Shown: one piece after another, positions 1 to 9,520 of the stretch
Position numbering within the stretch: the stretch's first letter is position 1
Layout of the letters: every line of letters begins with the position of its first letter
NCBI GenBank assembly: GCA_964499705.1
Contig: CAZCME010000003.1
Coordinates: forward strand, 248,001-312,000
Reading direction: 5' to 3'
DNA length: 64,000 nt
Source: an uncultured bacterium
Lineage (GTDB): Bacteria > UBA8481
The notes under the pieces: generated by a model
The model's database searches: none
What the model was told of the DNA's origin: nothing
What the model saw: the letters and a program-made list of their open reading frames with translations, nothing else
Program-made: the position numbers and the translations under genes

Positions 1-1547
1 AGACGTCGATTCGGGCGTTCGTCCGGATCATCGCGGATACCGGATCGCCTCTCTACATAAGCGCACTACGCGCGCTCCATGCGCAGAATAACACGCCCTG
101 CTCCGAACTCGCGCGCGCGGCTCTCGCGGATGCCGCCTACTTCGGCCCCCGGGAATTCGCCGACGAAGCGATGGCGATGTTGCTCCGCACCTACGCGGAT
201 GACGTCGAAGGCAGGGAGCAACTTCTTCTGCGGGCCATCCGGTCCCAGGGGCGATTTCCTCCGGTGACGATCGCCGACATCGCGGCAATCGGCTTTTCCA
301 TCGAATACATGAATGACTTTCAGCGATTGCGAATAGGAATGCCGAATTATCCGATCTCCTACGATGCACGGACATGGGATCCGATCCCGCTTCTTCACTC
401 GGAATTTCACGATTCACCGCAAGAGAAGCGCGCACTTCTGGCTCGCGTCCTCATGCTCCTCGGAGACCCGCGATCGATCGTGGAACTTCGGAGCCACCTC
501 TCCGATGAGGAGCCGGCACTGAAATTCGCAATCTGGTCGTCGTTCAGCGAGTTGAAGAGGAAACACAAAGCGCCGGATTCCTATCCGCCCATCCGAGACA
601 GCGGCGCGGAATTCGCCCGCTTTCTCCCCCCCGATTTCCACGACTATATAATGCGCGAGCAAGTTCTGAGCTTGCTCGCTGATCTCCGGTCTCCTTCGGC
701 CCTCGGATATGTCGAACGCCTGGTGAACACCTGGAAGGGCCGGGACGGGAGCACGCTCCATGTGGAGGTAGCCTATCTGAAATCGCTCTCGCCGGATCCC
801 CGCGCGCTACGTTTGCTCGTTCGTTTCACCGGCAAAGATCTGCACGGGACCACGCAATCCCATGCGATTTCGGCTCTCGCGGATCTGGACCGGCTGGATC
901 TCGTCGCATCTCGCCTCGCCGAAATCTTTGCGCGCGGCCACAGCGAGGATAACAGCCTGTTGATGACGGTTCTCGGCGCGCTGAAGAAGGAGCATGGCAT
1001 GGTCTGGGGAGAATCCGTCCTCGCGCTCCTGGTCCCGGCGAACGAATACTTTTGGAGTGCCGCCGCTGACGCGCTCTCGCGGATGTCCTTCCCCGGAAAA
1101 GGCGCGCGCCTGCTCCAGCTCTTCCGCGGCGAACAGGGTGCCGGCGTGATCGCGTTTTCCGGCGCGCTTATACAAGCGGCGTCGACCCTGAGCGATTCCG
1201 ATGAGATTGCGCTGATCACTCTCGCGTTGCGGAATGACAATATCATGCTCCGGAGCACCGCATGGAACGCTCTCGACCTGCGTCTGCAGTATGGCCGTTA
1301 CAACTCATCCATCCGGACCATCGTCGATTTCATGAAAAGCGCTGACGAGGATTTCCGCGCGACGGCGCGAGATCACATCCAGAGATATTGCCGGGGCTGG
1401 ACGCGTGAAGAGCGCGTCGAATGGGCGGAGTCGCTGACGGACGAAGAGCGGAATATGCTTGGGCTCATCCGTGATTACTTCATCGAATACCGCCGGCAGC
1501 CTCCCCGGTCGTCTGCGTCGCAAGCGCTCCCTGGCGGCATTTACTGA
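1..1547 (+). CDS. HEAT/ARM-repeat-like alpha-helical protein, 5'-truncated by window edge
   Basis: Frame of ORF 171..1547 is open back to position 3 (TSIRAFVRII...). Repeated helical units such as 'LLGDPRSIVELRSHLSDEEPALKFAIWSSF' and 'ALRNDNIMLRSTAWNAL' resemble HEAT_2 repeats. Confidence 0.6.
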   Translation, partial: TSIRAFVRIIADTGSPLYISALRALHAQNNTPCSELARAALADAAYFGPREFADEAMAMLLRTYADDVEGREQLLLRAIRSQGRFPPVTIADIAAIGFSIEYMNDFQRLRIGMPNYPISYDARTWDPIPLLHSEFHDSPQEKRALLARVLMLLGDPRSIVELRSHLSDEEPALKFAIWSSFSELKRKHKAPDSYPPIRDSGAEFARFLPPDFHDYIMREQVLSLLADLRSPSALGYVERLVNTWKGRDGSTLHVEVAYLKSLSPDPRALRLLVRFTGKDLHGTTQSHAISALADLDRLDLVASRLAEIFARGHSEDNSLLMTVLGALKKEHGMVWGESVLALLVPANEYFWSAAADALSRMSFPGKGARLLQLFRGEQGAGVIAFSGALIQAASTLSDSDEIALITLALRNDNIMLRSTAWNALDLRLQYGRYNSSIRTIVDFMKSADEDFRATARDHIQRYCRGWTREERVEWAESLTDEERNMLGLIRDYFIEYRRQPPRSSASQALPGGIY

Positions 1548-1798
1548 GCTCCAACGGATGGGAATATCCATCCTGCGGGCACGCACTGAAGTATAGCCTG
1601 GGGAGTGCCTTTGGGGAAAGGTGATGGCGATCGAGACTGCTCGATCAGGTCTGGCGGATCGCGCGGTATTATCTCGATCGTGTGTTGCGCGGTTCTCTTG
1701 CTCTGTCCGCGCCGTTGTTGGAGCTTGGACGGGGGACTTCTGTGCGTTCCGATTTGCGATTTACGAATGACGGATTAGGAATTACGATCCCCTTTCCC

Positions 1799-2767
1799 AT
1801 GGGAACTTCCGACAGAATAGGGCTTACGGTCATCACTCCGGCTTTCAACGAGTCCCTCAACCTGCCGCTTTTTTACGAGGCGCTGAAGGAGGTTGCGGCG
1901 AAGGAGAATTACGACTGGGAGTGGATCGCGATCGACGATCATTCGCGGGATAACACTTTCGAGATCCTGTCGGACCTGGCGAAGAAAGACCCGCGCGTGA
2001 AGGGATTCCGGCTGGCTCGCAATTCCGGTTCGCACTCGGCGATCATGTGCGGGATCGAGATCGCATCCGGAGATGTCGTGGCCGTCATGGCCTCCGACAT
2101 GCAGGATCCGCCGGAATTCCTGCCGAATCTCATCGCGGAATGGAAGGCCGGCAGCCACGTCGTCTGGGCGGTGCGGGCGAAACGATACGGCGAGAAGTTC
2201 ACGAACGTTCTCTTCGCCCGCCTGTATTACTGGATCGTCCGCCACTTCGACGGACTGCAGGAGATGCCCCCGACGGGCGCGGACTTCTACATCATGGACC
2301 GCCGCGTCGCGGAGGCTTTGAAGCAGTACCAAGAGAGATCCATCAGCCTCTTTCTCCTCGTGTGTTCCATGGGATTCAAGCAGTCGAGGATCTTCTACGA
2401 CAAGCAGGCGCGCGCGCACGGCCAGACGGGCTGGAGCTTTTCCAAGAAGGTGAAGTTGATCAGCGACTCGATGATCCCCTTCACGTCGTATCCGCTCCGG
2501 GCGATGATCTGGATCGGGATTCTCTTCATCGTTGTCGGCAAGCTCGCCGCTCTGGGAGCGCTCTGCGGCGCGTGTCCCGAGTGCGCCGGCCCTTCTTCTC
2601 CGTGGCCGGCCGCGATTTTCGTGAGCGGAGTCATGTCCGTTGTCGGCGGGATTCTCATGATCATGTGCGGCATGATCGGGACTCTATTATGGCGCGTGCT
2701 GGACGAGACGCGCATGAGGCCGCGGTATCTGATCGAGGCTTCGACGATGCCGGAAAAAAAAGCCTAA
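1799..2767 (+). CDS. GT2 glycosyltransferase, GtrB/ArnC-like polyprenol-phosphate glycosyltransferase
   Basis: ITPAFNES, IDDHSRD, RNSG, DMQDPP motifs; two C-terminal TM helices and RPRY tail. Start moved to ATG 1799. Confidence 0.9.
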   Translation: MGTSDRIGLTVITPAFNESLNLPLFYEALKEVAAKENYDWEWIAIDDHSRDNTFEILSDLAKKDPRVKGFRLARNSGSHSAIMCGIEIASGDVVAVMASDMQDPPEFLPNLIAEWKAGSHVVWAVRAKRYGEKFTNVLFARLYYWIVRHFDGLQEMPPTGADFYIMDRRVAEALKQYQERSISLFLLVCSMGFKQSRIFYDKQARAHGQTGWSFSKKVKLISDSMIPFTSYPLRAMIWIGILFIVVGKLAALGALCGACPECAGPSSPWPAAIFVSGVMSVVGGILMIMCGMIGTLLWRVLDETRMRPRYLIEASTMPEKKA

Positions 2768-2915
2768 TCGATTCTTCCCGGCGCACTCCGTCCTTCTTTT
2801 GATCCGATTCCTCCAGTACAGGAATCCACGCGCCCTATGATGTGAAAAATATTTCGCGCCTGGGCCGGACAGCAGATCGAAAATGCAGCAATTGCAGGCG
2901 GCATGATTCCTGCTC

Positions 2916-3356
2916 ATGACGTTACTCATGAACAGCAGCGTTTCAGCCGCCGACCGGAATCGGCGGTGGGCGTGGACCATAATCTCCGCAGGATGCCTTC
3001 TGGGGGCTCTGCTAGGGCTCTGGTCCTTCGACGGTCCCGTGAAGGCTCCGGCAGGATTCGAAAGCGTGGATGCGCTGCCGAGGAGGCTGATGCGGCTGGC
3101 GCACATTGCGATGATCGCCCTTCCCGTCCTTAATCTGCACCTTGCGGATTCGCTGGATCGGGCTCGCATCTCGCGGGCACGGCAGGTGTTGATCGCGAAG
3201 CTCTTCCTGGGTGGGACGATCGGATTACCGGCACTGCTCGCGGCAGCGGCATTCATCCCGGTCGTGAAATATGCTCTTGTCGTGCCGGTGGGATCCCTCA
3301 TCATCCCGGCGCTGTTGCTTGCTTCCGCGACCATGCGGGAAAGGACAACATCATGA
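2916..3356 (+). CDS. Small 4-TM membrane protein of unknown function
   Basis: Four hydrophobic segments with GLWSFDGP and RRLMRLAH motifs; stop overlaps next ATG (ATGA at 3353-3356). Start could be 2916 or 2928. Confidence 0.75.
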   Translation: MTLLMNSSVSAADRNRRWAWTIISAGCLLGALLGLWSFDGPVKAPAGFESVDALPRRLMRLAHIAMIALPVLNLHLADSLDRARISRARQVLIAKLFLGGTIGLPALLAAAAFIPVVKYALVVPVGSLIIPALLLASATMRERTTS

Positions 3357-4687
3357 AGATCGGATTGATCGCGATGAGCGGCGTGCGGATCAGGACGCCG
3401 GAGCTGGTCGAGCTGGGCGTGACGCTTCCGGGATTCGTGCGGCGGGGAAAGGTGATCGCGTCGCTGCCGAGTCTCGGCCTGATGACCGTCGCGGGCCTGA
3501 CGCCGCGGCAACATGATGTTTCGTATATCGAGATCGACGAATGGCCGGACAAGGAGAGTCTTCCGGAATTCGACCTCGTGGGCATTTCCTCCTTCACGGC
3601 GATGATCGGAGATGCTGACGCCGTCGCGGACACCTATCTTTCACGAGGCACGACCGTTGTCCTTGGAGGGCTGCACGTGACGGCCTGTCCCGAGGAAGCT
3701 CTGGAGCATGCCGATGCGATCGTGACGGGAGGCGCGGAAGGGGCGTGGCCGGCCTTGCTTGCCGATGCGGAGCAGGATCGCCTGAAGCGGAGATACGACG
3801 GACTGGTCGACGGCGTCTTCGAACCGGGGAATTACTCCATGCCCAGGTTCGAGTTTCTTTCGGGGCGGCGATACAACCGCGTGACGGTCCAGACGACGCG
3901 CGGATGTCCGCGCCGCTGCGAATTCTGCGCCGCCAGTCTCCGGATCACGAGCCGGTATCAGCGGAAACCGGTGGAACTTGTCATCGAGGAGATTCGTCGG
4001 GCGAAACGGATGATCGACGAGCCCTTCTTCGAACTCGCGGACGACAACACGTTTCTCGACCGCGCCTGGTCGAAGGAGCTATTACGCGCGCTGGCGCGGG
4101 AGGAGATCCGCTTCTTCACGGAGACCGACGCGTCGGTGGCGGATGATCCGGAGCTCTGCGCGCTGCTGGCCGAAGCGGGTTGCCGGCAGGTGCTGATCGG
4201 ATTCGAGAGCCCGCGCGCTTCGGACCTGGAGGACATGGATCCGATGGCGTGGAAGAAACGCCGCTCCCCGGAGATCGCGCGCGTCACGGAGCGGCTCCAG
4301 AGCCGCGGCGTCAGCGTCAACGGCTGCTTCATACTCGGGCTCGACAACCAGGATGCCGGCATCTTCCCGATCATGAGGGACGCGGTGCGCGCGTCGGGAC
4401 TCGCGGAGGTTCAATACACCGTGCTCACGCCGTTTCCGGGGACGCCGCTCTATCATCGACTGCAATCGGAAAATCGGCTTTTGCGCGAGAAGTTCTGGGA
4501 TCGGTGCACGCTCTTCGATGTGAATTTCATACCTCGGAAAATGACGGTAGCGGAGCTGGAAGAAGGGATGCGCTGGCTCTTTCGGGAAACATATTCGACG
4601 AATGAAACGCGGCAGAGGTCGCGTGCATTTCGATCCCATCATAGGATGGCCGGCGAACGTCGCCGGGATGTCGCGCTCTCCCTGTGA
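3353..4687 (+). CDS. Cobalamin-binding radical SAM protein (class B methylase-like)
   Basis: N-terminal B12-binding domain (VVLGGLHVT...GGAE), TRGCPRRCEFC (CxxxCxxC), DDN, IGFES, TPFPGTPLY motifs. Confidence 0.9.
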   Translation: MKIGLIAMSGVRIRTPELVELGVTLPGFVRRGKVIASLPSLGLMTVAGLTPRQHDVSYIEIDEWPDKESLPEFDLVGISSFTAMIGDADAVADTYLSRGTTVVLGGLHVTACPEEALEHADAIVTGGAEGAWPALLADAEQDRLKRRYDGLVDGVFEPGNYSMPRFEFLSGRRYNRVTVQTTRGCPRRCEFCAASLRITSRYQRKPVELVIEEIRRAKRMIDEPFFELADDNTFLDRAWSKELLRALAREEIRFFTETDASVADDPELCALLAEAGCRQVLIGFESPRASDLEDMDPMAWKKRRSPEIARVTERLQSRGVSVNGCFILGLDNQDAGIFPIMRDAVRASGLAEVQYTVLTPFPGTPLYHRLQSENRLLREKFWDRCTLFDVNFIPRKMTVAELEEGMRWLFRETYSTNETRQRSRAFRSHHRMAGERRRDVALSL

Positions 4688-4878
4688 CGGTCTTCGATCG
4701 AACTTTACCGGTGATTGCAGCAACCGATTTCGAAATGGTCCGTTTCATTCGACCGGAGCCTCCGTGAACGCGGCTATAGCCTGCGAGCGGTGGCTCGCGA
4801 GATACCGCCTGTGTTCGGCGCGTTCTGGTGAAGTAAATATCGCTCGACGCTTTCCGAGGGGACGTTAAGATCCCGCTC

Positions 4879-5067
4879 ATGAGCGCCAAAGATACCGAGA
4901 TCACCTGTCCGTACTGTTATGCGACGATCACCGTGGCGCTGGATACGGACGCGAAGGGGATCGATTACGTCGAGGATTGCTCCAGTTGCTGCAATCCCAT
5001 CCATATGATCGTTTCCGTGGCCGCGTCCGGCGAAATCGCGGGCGTCGAGGCGAGCCTCAACCAGTAG
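4879..5067 (+). CDS. CPXCG-type cysteine-rich small protein
   Basis: CPYC...YVEDCSSCCNPI pattern typical of this 60-aa zinc-ribbon family. Confidence 0.85.
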   Translation: MSAKDTEITCPYCYATITVALDTDAKGIDYVEDCSSCCNPIHMIVSVAASGEIAGVEASLNQ

Positions 5068-5079
5068 TACGCACCGGGA

Positions 5080-6291
5080 TCAGGTCCCGGGAAATTTCTC
5101 GAACGGCGCGCGTTTCCCGGCGATCAATTGCTCGTAGAAATGCTGCCACGTCTTCATGACGACGGCGGCGGTGTGGCGCTTCAAGGCCTGCTCGCGCGCG
5201 GCCTTCCCCAGTTTCTTCCGCAGAGGTTCATCATCGAGCACACGGCAGATGGCGTCGGCGTAGGCGTCGTAGTCCTGGAAGGGGACCAGCAGGCCGTTCA
5301 CTTCGTGCTTGATGAGCTCCGGGTGCCAGTCGGTGTTGTAGGCGACGATGGGACACTCCACGGCGGCGGCTTCAATGAGGGCGAGTCCGGCGAGAACGGC
5401 GACGTACACATCGAGAGTCGGCAGGATCTTCCAGACTTCCTCGTTCGGGATGAAGCCGGTGACGATGATGCGGTCCGAGTAGCCCATGTCGGCGAGTTCT
5501 TCCTCGATCCAGCGGCGGTCGGGACCGTCTCCGATGAAGAGGCACGTCACATCGTCGCGGCGCTGGATGATCTTCTGGTAAATCCGCAGGAGATGGTCGG
5601 CGTATTTCCTGTTGTCGACGCGGCCGGTGTAGGCGATCAGCTTGTCCGTGGGCCTGCGGCGCCAGTCCTTCGTCGGCTTGCCGCGCTCCGAAGCCGGGAC
5701 GAAATTGTGATCGGCGGCGCCGACCTGGCAGAGCACCATCTTCTTAGGGTTCCCGCCATGACTCTGCGCATACGTCCTGTAGGCATCGACGTACATGATG
5801 ATCATGTCCGTCATCTTGAGGCCGATCCACATCACGAAGTTCTCGACCCAGCGGAACTTCAAAGCAGGATTCACCATCTTCCCCGTTTCGCGGAAGATGA
5901 CGTCATGCTCGCCCGCGATCCCGACGGCGCTGGGCCTGCCGGTCGCCAGCGCGACGAAGTTCGCGATGACGGCTCCGACGTACGGGTCGGCCGACATGAT
6001 GACGTCGATGTTCTTGCTCCGGACGAGCTTTGACGCCTTCCACCAGACGCGGACCGCGTTCGCGATGAAGCCGAGATAGCCCTTGCCCTTGGCGAAGGAA
6101 TGGATCGTGCAGCGGTCGGTCACGGGGTGGACGGCATCCTCCGTGTCGTAGGGGAAGACATAATGGAGATGTTCCTGGTATTCGGGTCCGAGGTCGCAGC
6201 CGGGGCGGACGACGGACATGACGGAACCCTTGTCCACCAGCCACTGGTATGCGCACGGCTCGAACATCATGATGCGGCGTTTGACTGTCAT
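5080..6291 (-). CDS. GT4 glycosyltransferase
   Basis: GT-B C-terminal half: YTGRV, IGDGP, LIEAAAVECPIV, NGLLVP. Confidence 0.9.
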   Translation of the reverse strand: MTVKRRIMMFEPCAYQWLVDKGSVMSVVRPGCDLGPEYQEHLHYVFPYDTEDAVHPVTDRCTIHSFAKGKGYLGFIANAVRVWWKASKLVRSKNIDVIMSADPYVGAVIANFVALATGRPSAVGIAGEHDVIFRETGKMVNPALKFRWVENFVMWIGLKMTDMIIMYVDAYRTYAQSHGGNPKKMVLCQVGAADHNFVPASERGKPTKDWRRRPTDKLIAYTGRVDNRKYADHLLRIYQKIIQRRDDVTCLFIGDGPDRRWIEEELADMGYSDRIIVTGFIPNEEVWKILPTLDVYVAVLAGLALIEAAAVECPIVAYNTDWHPELIKHEVNGLLVPFQDYDAYADAICRVLDDEPLRKKLGKAAREQALKRHTAAVVMKTWQHFYEQLIAGKRAPFEKFPGT

Positions 6292-6342
6292 GCCGCTATC
6301 GTCGCAGGAGCGGGGAAAAATTCAAGTATAGAAAAGCGATCA

Positions 6343-6518
6343 CAGAAGTTCCCCAACTAAAGAATCTTTAACCACGAACCACACGAACCACACGAAAATA
6401 TGCCTTTCGATGGGATATAAATAGAGTCTGCGGTCGCGGAGGGTTTTCTTTTCTCTCTTTTCTTTTCATGTTTTTCGCGTGGTTGGTGGTTTCAGGTTTT
6501 GTGGTTGGGGAACTTCTG
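6343..6518. mobile_element. Composite MITE copy A (176 bp, internally deleted relative to copy B)
   Basis: Perfect 15-bp terminal IR CAGAAGTTCCCCAAC (6343-6357 / 6504-6518), inner AACCACACG tandem units, degenerate 9-bp flanks AAGCGATCA / AAGCGCGAA; both ends align to the 14420-14738 element in opposite orientation. Confidence 0.8.
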
Positions 6519-7781
6519 AAGCGCGAACAGTCCGGCTGCGGCCGAGGCGATGCATGCCGCCCGGAACCAGGCGTCTGCCGGAGACTGGCTGAGGAGGAGG
6601 CCGCAGAAGATCAGGCCCGCGTACGGGGTGAATCGCGGCGCGGAGAACGTCGGGCGCGCGGGGGATCTCCGGCGGAGCAGGATGAGGCTGACGTGGAGAA
6701 AGACGAAGGCGAGAACGAGCAGGAGGCTGGTGGTCTGCGCCATGAGCGTGACTCCGCCGGAGACGACGAGCAGCATGCAGAGGGCCATGGATGCGATGAC
6801 GGCGATCCAGGGCGTTTTCCGCGTGGCGTGAACGCGGGAAAGAAATTCCGGCAGGAGCTTTTCGGAGGACATGCCGTACATGAGGCGCGACGCCATGACG
6901 AGATTGGCGAGGCCGGTGTTCACGATCGCGAAGAGCGCGATCGCCGAGAAACCCCATGCCGGCATGGGTAAACCGGATCGCACGAGGACATCCAGGAGCG
7001 GCCGGGCGGAGGCCGCGGCTTCCGCGGGAGTCATGACGGCGAGAACCACGAAGAGGACGGCCATGTAGATGACGGTGGAGAAGGCGACGGCGATCACCAT
7101 CGCCAGGGGAATGTCGCGGGACGGATTCTTCGCCTCCTCGGCGAGATTCGCGAGATCCTCGAAACCGATGAACGCATAGAACGCGATCGTGGCGCCTCCG
7201 AGAATCGGGATCCAGTCCGCGTCGGGAAGCGTGGCGTTGGCGAACAGGTCGAGATCGCCTTTCCAGACGAAGGCATATCCCGCCACGAGAACCAGCATCA
7301 ATCCGGACGTCTCCAAAAGCGTGAAGACGATGTTGACCGAGGAGGATTCGCGGATGCCGCGGAAGCTGATGAAGCTCATAAGGACGATGAGCGCGAGGGC
7401 GGCGGGAAGCTGCGGCACGGCGAAGAACGATTGGAGGTAGCCGTGAATCGCCATGGAGACCGTCGCGGCGGACGTGATGCCGCTCGCGAGGACGAGCAGT
7501 CCCACGAGAAACGGCGCGAATCTATTGCGGAAGGCTTCGGAACAGTACGCGGCGGCTCCGGCGGCGCGCGGAACGCGGGACGCGAGTTCCGCATAGGACA
7601 AGCCTGTGACGGTGGCGAGGATGGCGGAAAGGGTGAAGGAAACCCAAGATGCGGAGCCCGCCTGGCCGGCGACCTTGCCGACGAGCGCGTAGATTCCTGC
7701 TCCGAGAATATCGCCTATGCCATAGAGAATAAGGGCGCCGAGACCGAGATGGCGGGCAAGGCGCGTGGTTTCTGGAACCGT
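6492..7781 (-). CDS. APC-superfamily amino acid permease (probable non-canonical start)
   Basis: Multi-TM protein with FYAFIGFEDLANLAEEAKNP and SRLMYGM motifs. Frame extends upstream of the called TTG (7601) through TM1 LARHLGLGALILYGIGDILGAGIY; best candidate start is ACG at 7781. Confidence 0.85.
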   Translation of the reverse strand, partial: TVPETTRLARHLGLGALILYGIGDILGAGIYALVGKVAGQAGSASWVSFTLSAILATVTGLSYAELASRVPRAAGAAAYCSEAFRNRFAPFLVGLLVLASGITSAATVSMAIHGYLQSFFAVPQLPAALALIVLMSFISFRGIRESSSVNIVFTLLETSGLMLVLVAGYAFVWKGDLDLFANATLPDADWIPILGGATIAFYAFIGFEDLANLAEEAKNPSRDIPLAMVIAVAFSTVIYMAVLFVVLAVMTPAEAAASARPLLDVLVRSGLPMPAWGFSAIALFAIVNTGLANLVMASRLMYGMSSEKLLPEFLSRVHATRKTPWIAVIASMALCMLLVVSGGVTLMAQTTSLLLVLAFVFLHVSLILLRRRSPARPTFSAPRFTPYAGLIFCGLLLSQSPADAWFRAACIASAAAGLFALQKFPNHKT

Positions 7782-7782
7782 G

Positions 7783-9339
7783 TCAGCCCGATCCTACGCT
7801 CGACGTCTGGTTGATGTCATACCAGCCTTCGCTGACGTAGTGGTCCTTCTTGTTCGTGTTAAGAAGGCGCCGGATACCGGTCTTGAACGCCGTCACGAAC
7901 TGCTCGAAGGAATTGATGTTCCGGATGAGCTGCCAGAGGATTCGCGGCCGCAGGTAGAAGCGGCGGTTCGCCTCGGCGATCTTTTCTTTCACACGATCCA
8001 TGCCGACGGATGTGATGTCGACGGGGCAGTCGAGGTAAACGTCGAAGAGGGAGTAATCGAACGTGTCCATGTCGATGATCCCGTCCTTGACGAGATTGTT
8101 GAAGATCTCCGTGCCGGGAAGCGCGTTGCACCAGCCGAGCCCGATGCGGGAGAGGGGCATGTCGAGGAGGAACTTGACCGTGGCTTCCATCTCCTCCTCG
8201 GTCTCAGTCGGGATCCCGAGAAACGCGTAGCCGACGACCTGGATCCTGGAATTGGCCGCGACCATCTTCAGCTTGTCGCCCATCGCCTCCAGCGTGATGC
8301 CGCGCTTCAACTGCTTCAGGAGGCGCGGCGTGGCGGTTTCGATGCCGACGGCGAAGGAGTAGAAACCGGCCTTCTCCATCAGCTTGATGAGCGGCGGGTT
8401 CAGCGAGTTGAGGCGCACTCCGTTCGGAAGCGCGAACTGGAACTTGTGACCCTGGCGGAGGATCTCCTCGCAGAAGGAAATCGCGTACTTGTTGTTCAAC
8501 GTGAAGTTGTCGTCCTCGATGTGGAACTCCGTGACGCCATAATCGCGATGGACCATCGCCATCTCCTCGATGACATGCCCGACGCTCCGCTCGCGGATCG
8601 GATATCCCACCACGAGGTGCGCTCCGCAGTACGTGCAGTGATACGGGCAGCCGCGCGTCGCGAAGACGGGGGCCGTCAGCGACTCGCGCGAGACGACGCC
8701 GTGAGGCTGGTGCGGATAGGTCTTGGGGTTGATCGTGTCCCACGCGGGGAAGCCGAGGTCGTCGAGAACCTTCTCGAAATACTGGCAGTTCGTCTTGATC
8801 TCGCCGTTCTCGCGGTAGATGAGCGCGGGCACATCGGCGAGATTGCCGTGGCCGTTCTCGATGATCTTGCAGAGCTGGTAGAAAGCGACCTCGCCCTCGC
8901 CCTTGATGGCGTAGTCGACGTGCTCGATCTTCTTCAGGGTGTGATCCGGAATCGCGGAGACGTGCGCGCCGCCGGTGACGACGGTCGTGCGGGGATACCT
9001 GGCTTTCACGGCGGCGGCGAGGCGCGTGACGGCCGGAACGTCGCGGGAGAACATCATGAAGCCGACGACCTGGTACTCCTCGGAGAGAATCTCGTCCTGC
9101 CAGGACTCGAAAGAGCGTTCTTTCAGGCGGAGGCAATCGAGGAGCTTGATCTGGTAGTCGGTGCGGGCGCGGAGATAGGAGACAAGCCAGGCGAGACCGA
9201 TGGAGGGAATGCGCGTGAGGGTGAATTGGTTGGGAGGAACGACGAGGAGCACTTTCATCTTGTCGTGAAGCCTTGCTTTGGCGATCGTTCCGGCGGGCGT
9301 TATGGATTGAACCGGAGCGTCTGGTGCAAGAATCGTCAT
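7783..9339 (-). CDS. Cobalamin-binding radical SAM protein
   Basis: TGGAHVS...GEGE B12 domain, TRGCPYHCTYC, EDDNF, VGIET; AGGAGG RBS 4 nt before ATG. Confidence 0.9.
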   Translation of the reverse strand: MTILAPDAPVQSITPAGTIAKARLHDKMKVLLVVPPNQFTLTRIPSIGLAWLVSYLRARTDYQIKLLDCLRLKERSFESWQDEILSEEYQVVGFMMFSRDVPAVTRLAAAVKARYPRTTVVTGGAHVSAIPDHTLKKIEHVDYAIKGEGEVAFYQLCKIIENGHGNLADVPALIYRENGEIKTNCQYFEKVLDDLGFPAWDTINPKTYPHQPHGVVSRESLTAPVFATRGCPYHCTYCGAHLVVGYPIRERSVGHVIEEMAMVHRDYGVTEFHIEDDNFTLNNKYAISFCEEILRQGHKFQFALPNGVRLNSLNPPLIKLMEKAGFYSFAVGIETATPRLLKQLKRGITLEAMGDKLKMVAANSRIQVVGYAFLGIPTETEEEMEATVKFLLDMPLSRIGLGWCNALPGTEIFNNLVKDGIIDMDTFDYSLFDVYLDCPVDITSVGMDRVKEKIAEANRRFYLRPRILWQLIRNINSFEQFVTAFKTGIRRLLNTNKKDHYVSEGWYDINQTSSVGSG

Positions 9340-9402
9340 GAATCCTCCTGAGGAACTCTTCGTTACATTCGACTTGGATGGTCGAAAGAACGAACGTGAA
9401 AT

Positions 9403-9431
9403 ATGATAATCGGCCTGAAAAAAAGTGTCAA
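9403..9431 (-). promoter_or_regulatory. Sigma70-type promoter for the radical SAM / permease transcript
   Basis: Minus strand TTGACA (9431-9426), 17-nt spacer, TATCAT (9408-9403). Confidence 0.75.
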
Positions 9432-9520
9432 CGAAAAATAGGACCGAAATAATCTATTTTTGATGGTCCAGGCTCGACGGCGAGGGACGTCGCCGTCAGG
9501 AACGAGTATTCTTTTCCCCG

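Noticed and set aside
1548-1798. Intergenic region with GGATGG/CCATCC hairpin as a riboswitch or terminator
   Set aside because: No U-tract and no recognisable riboswitch core; an Rfam scan would be needed.
2841-2858. TGTGAAAAATATTTCGCG as a Rex or CRP site upstream of the membrane protein / rSAM pair
   Set aside because: Spacing fits neither TTGTGAA-N4-TTCACAA nor TGTGA-N6-TCACA well, and the right half is poor.
6370-6395. AACCACACG tandem units as a possible CRISPR or guide-RNA array
   Set aside because: Units are 9 bp with no unique spacers, occur as inverted arms of MITE-like elements, and no cas-like genes are present.
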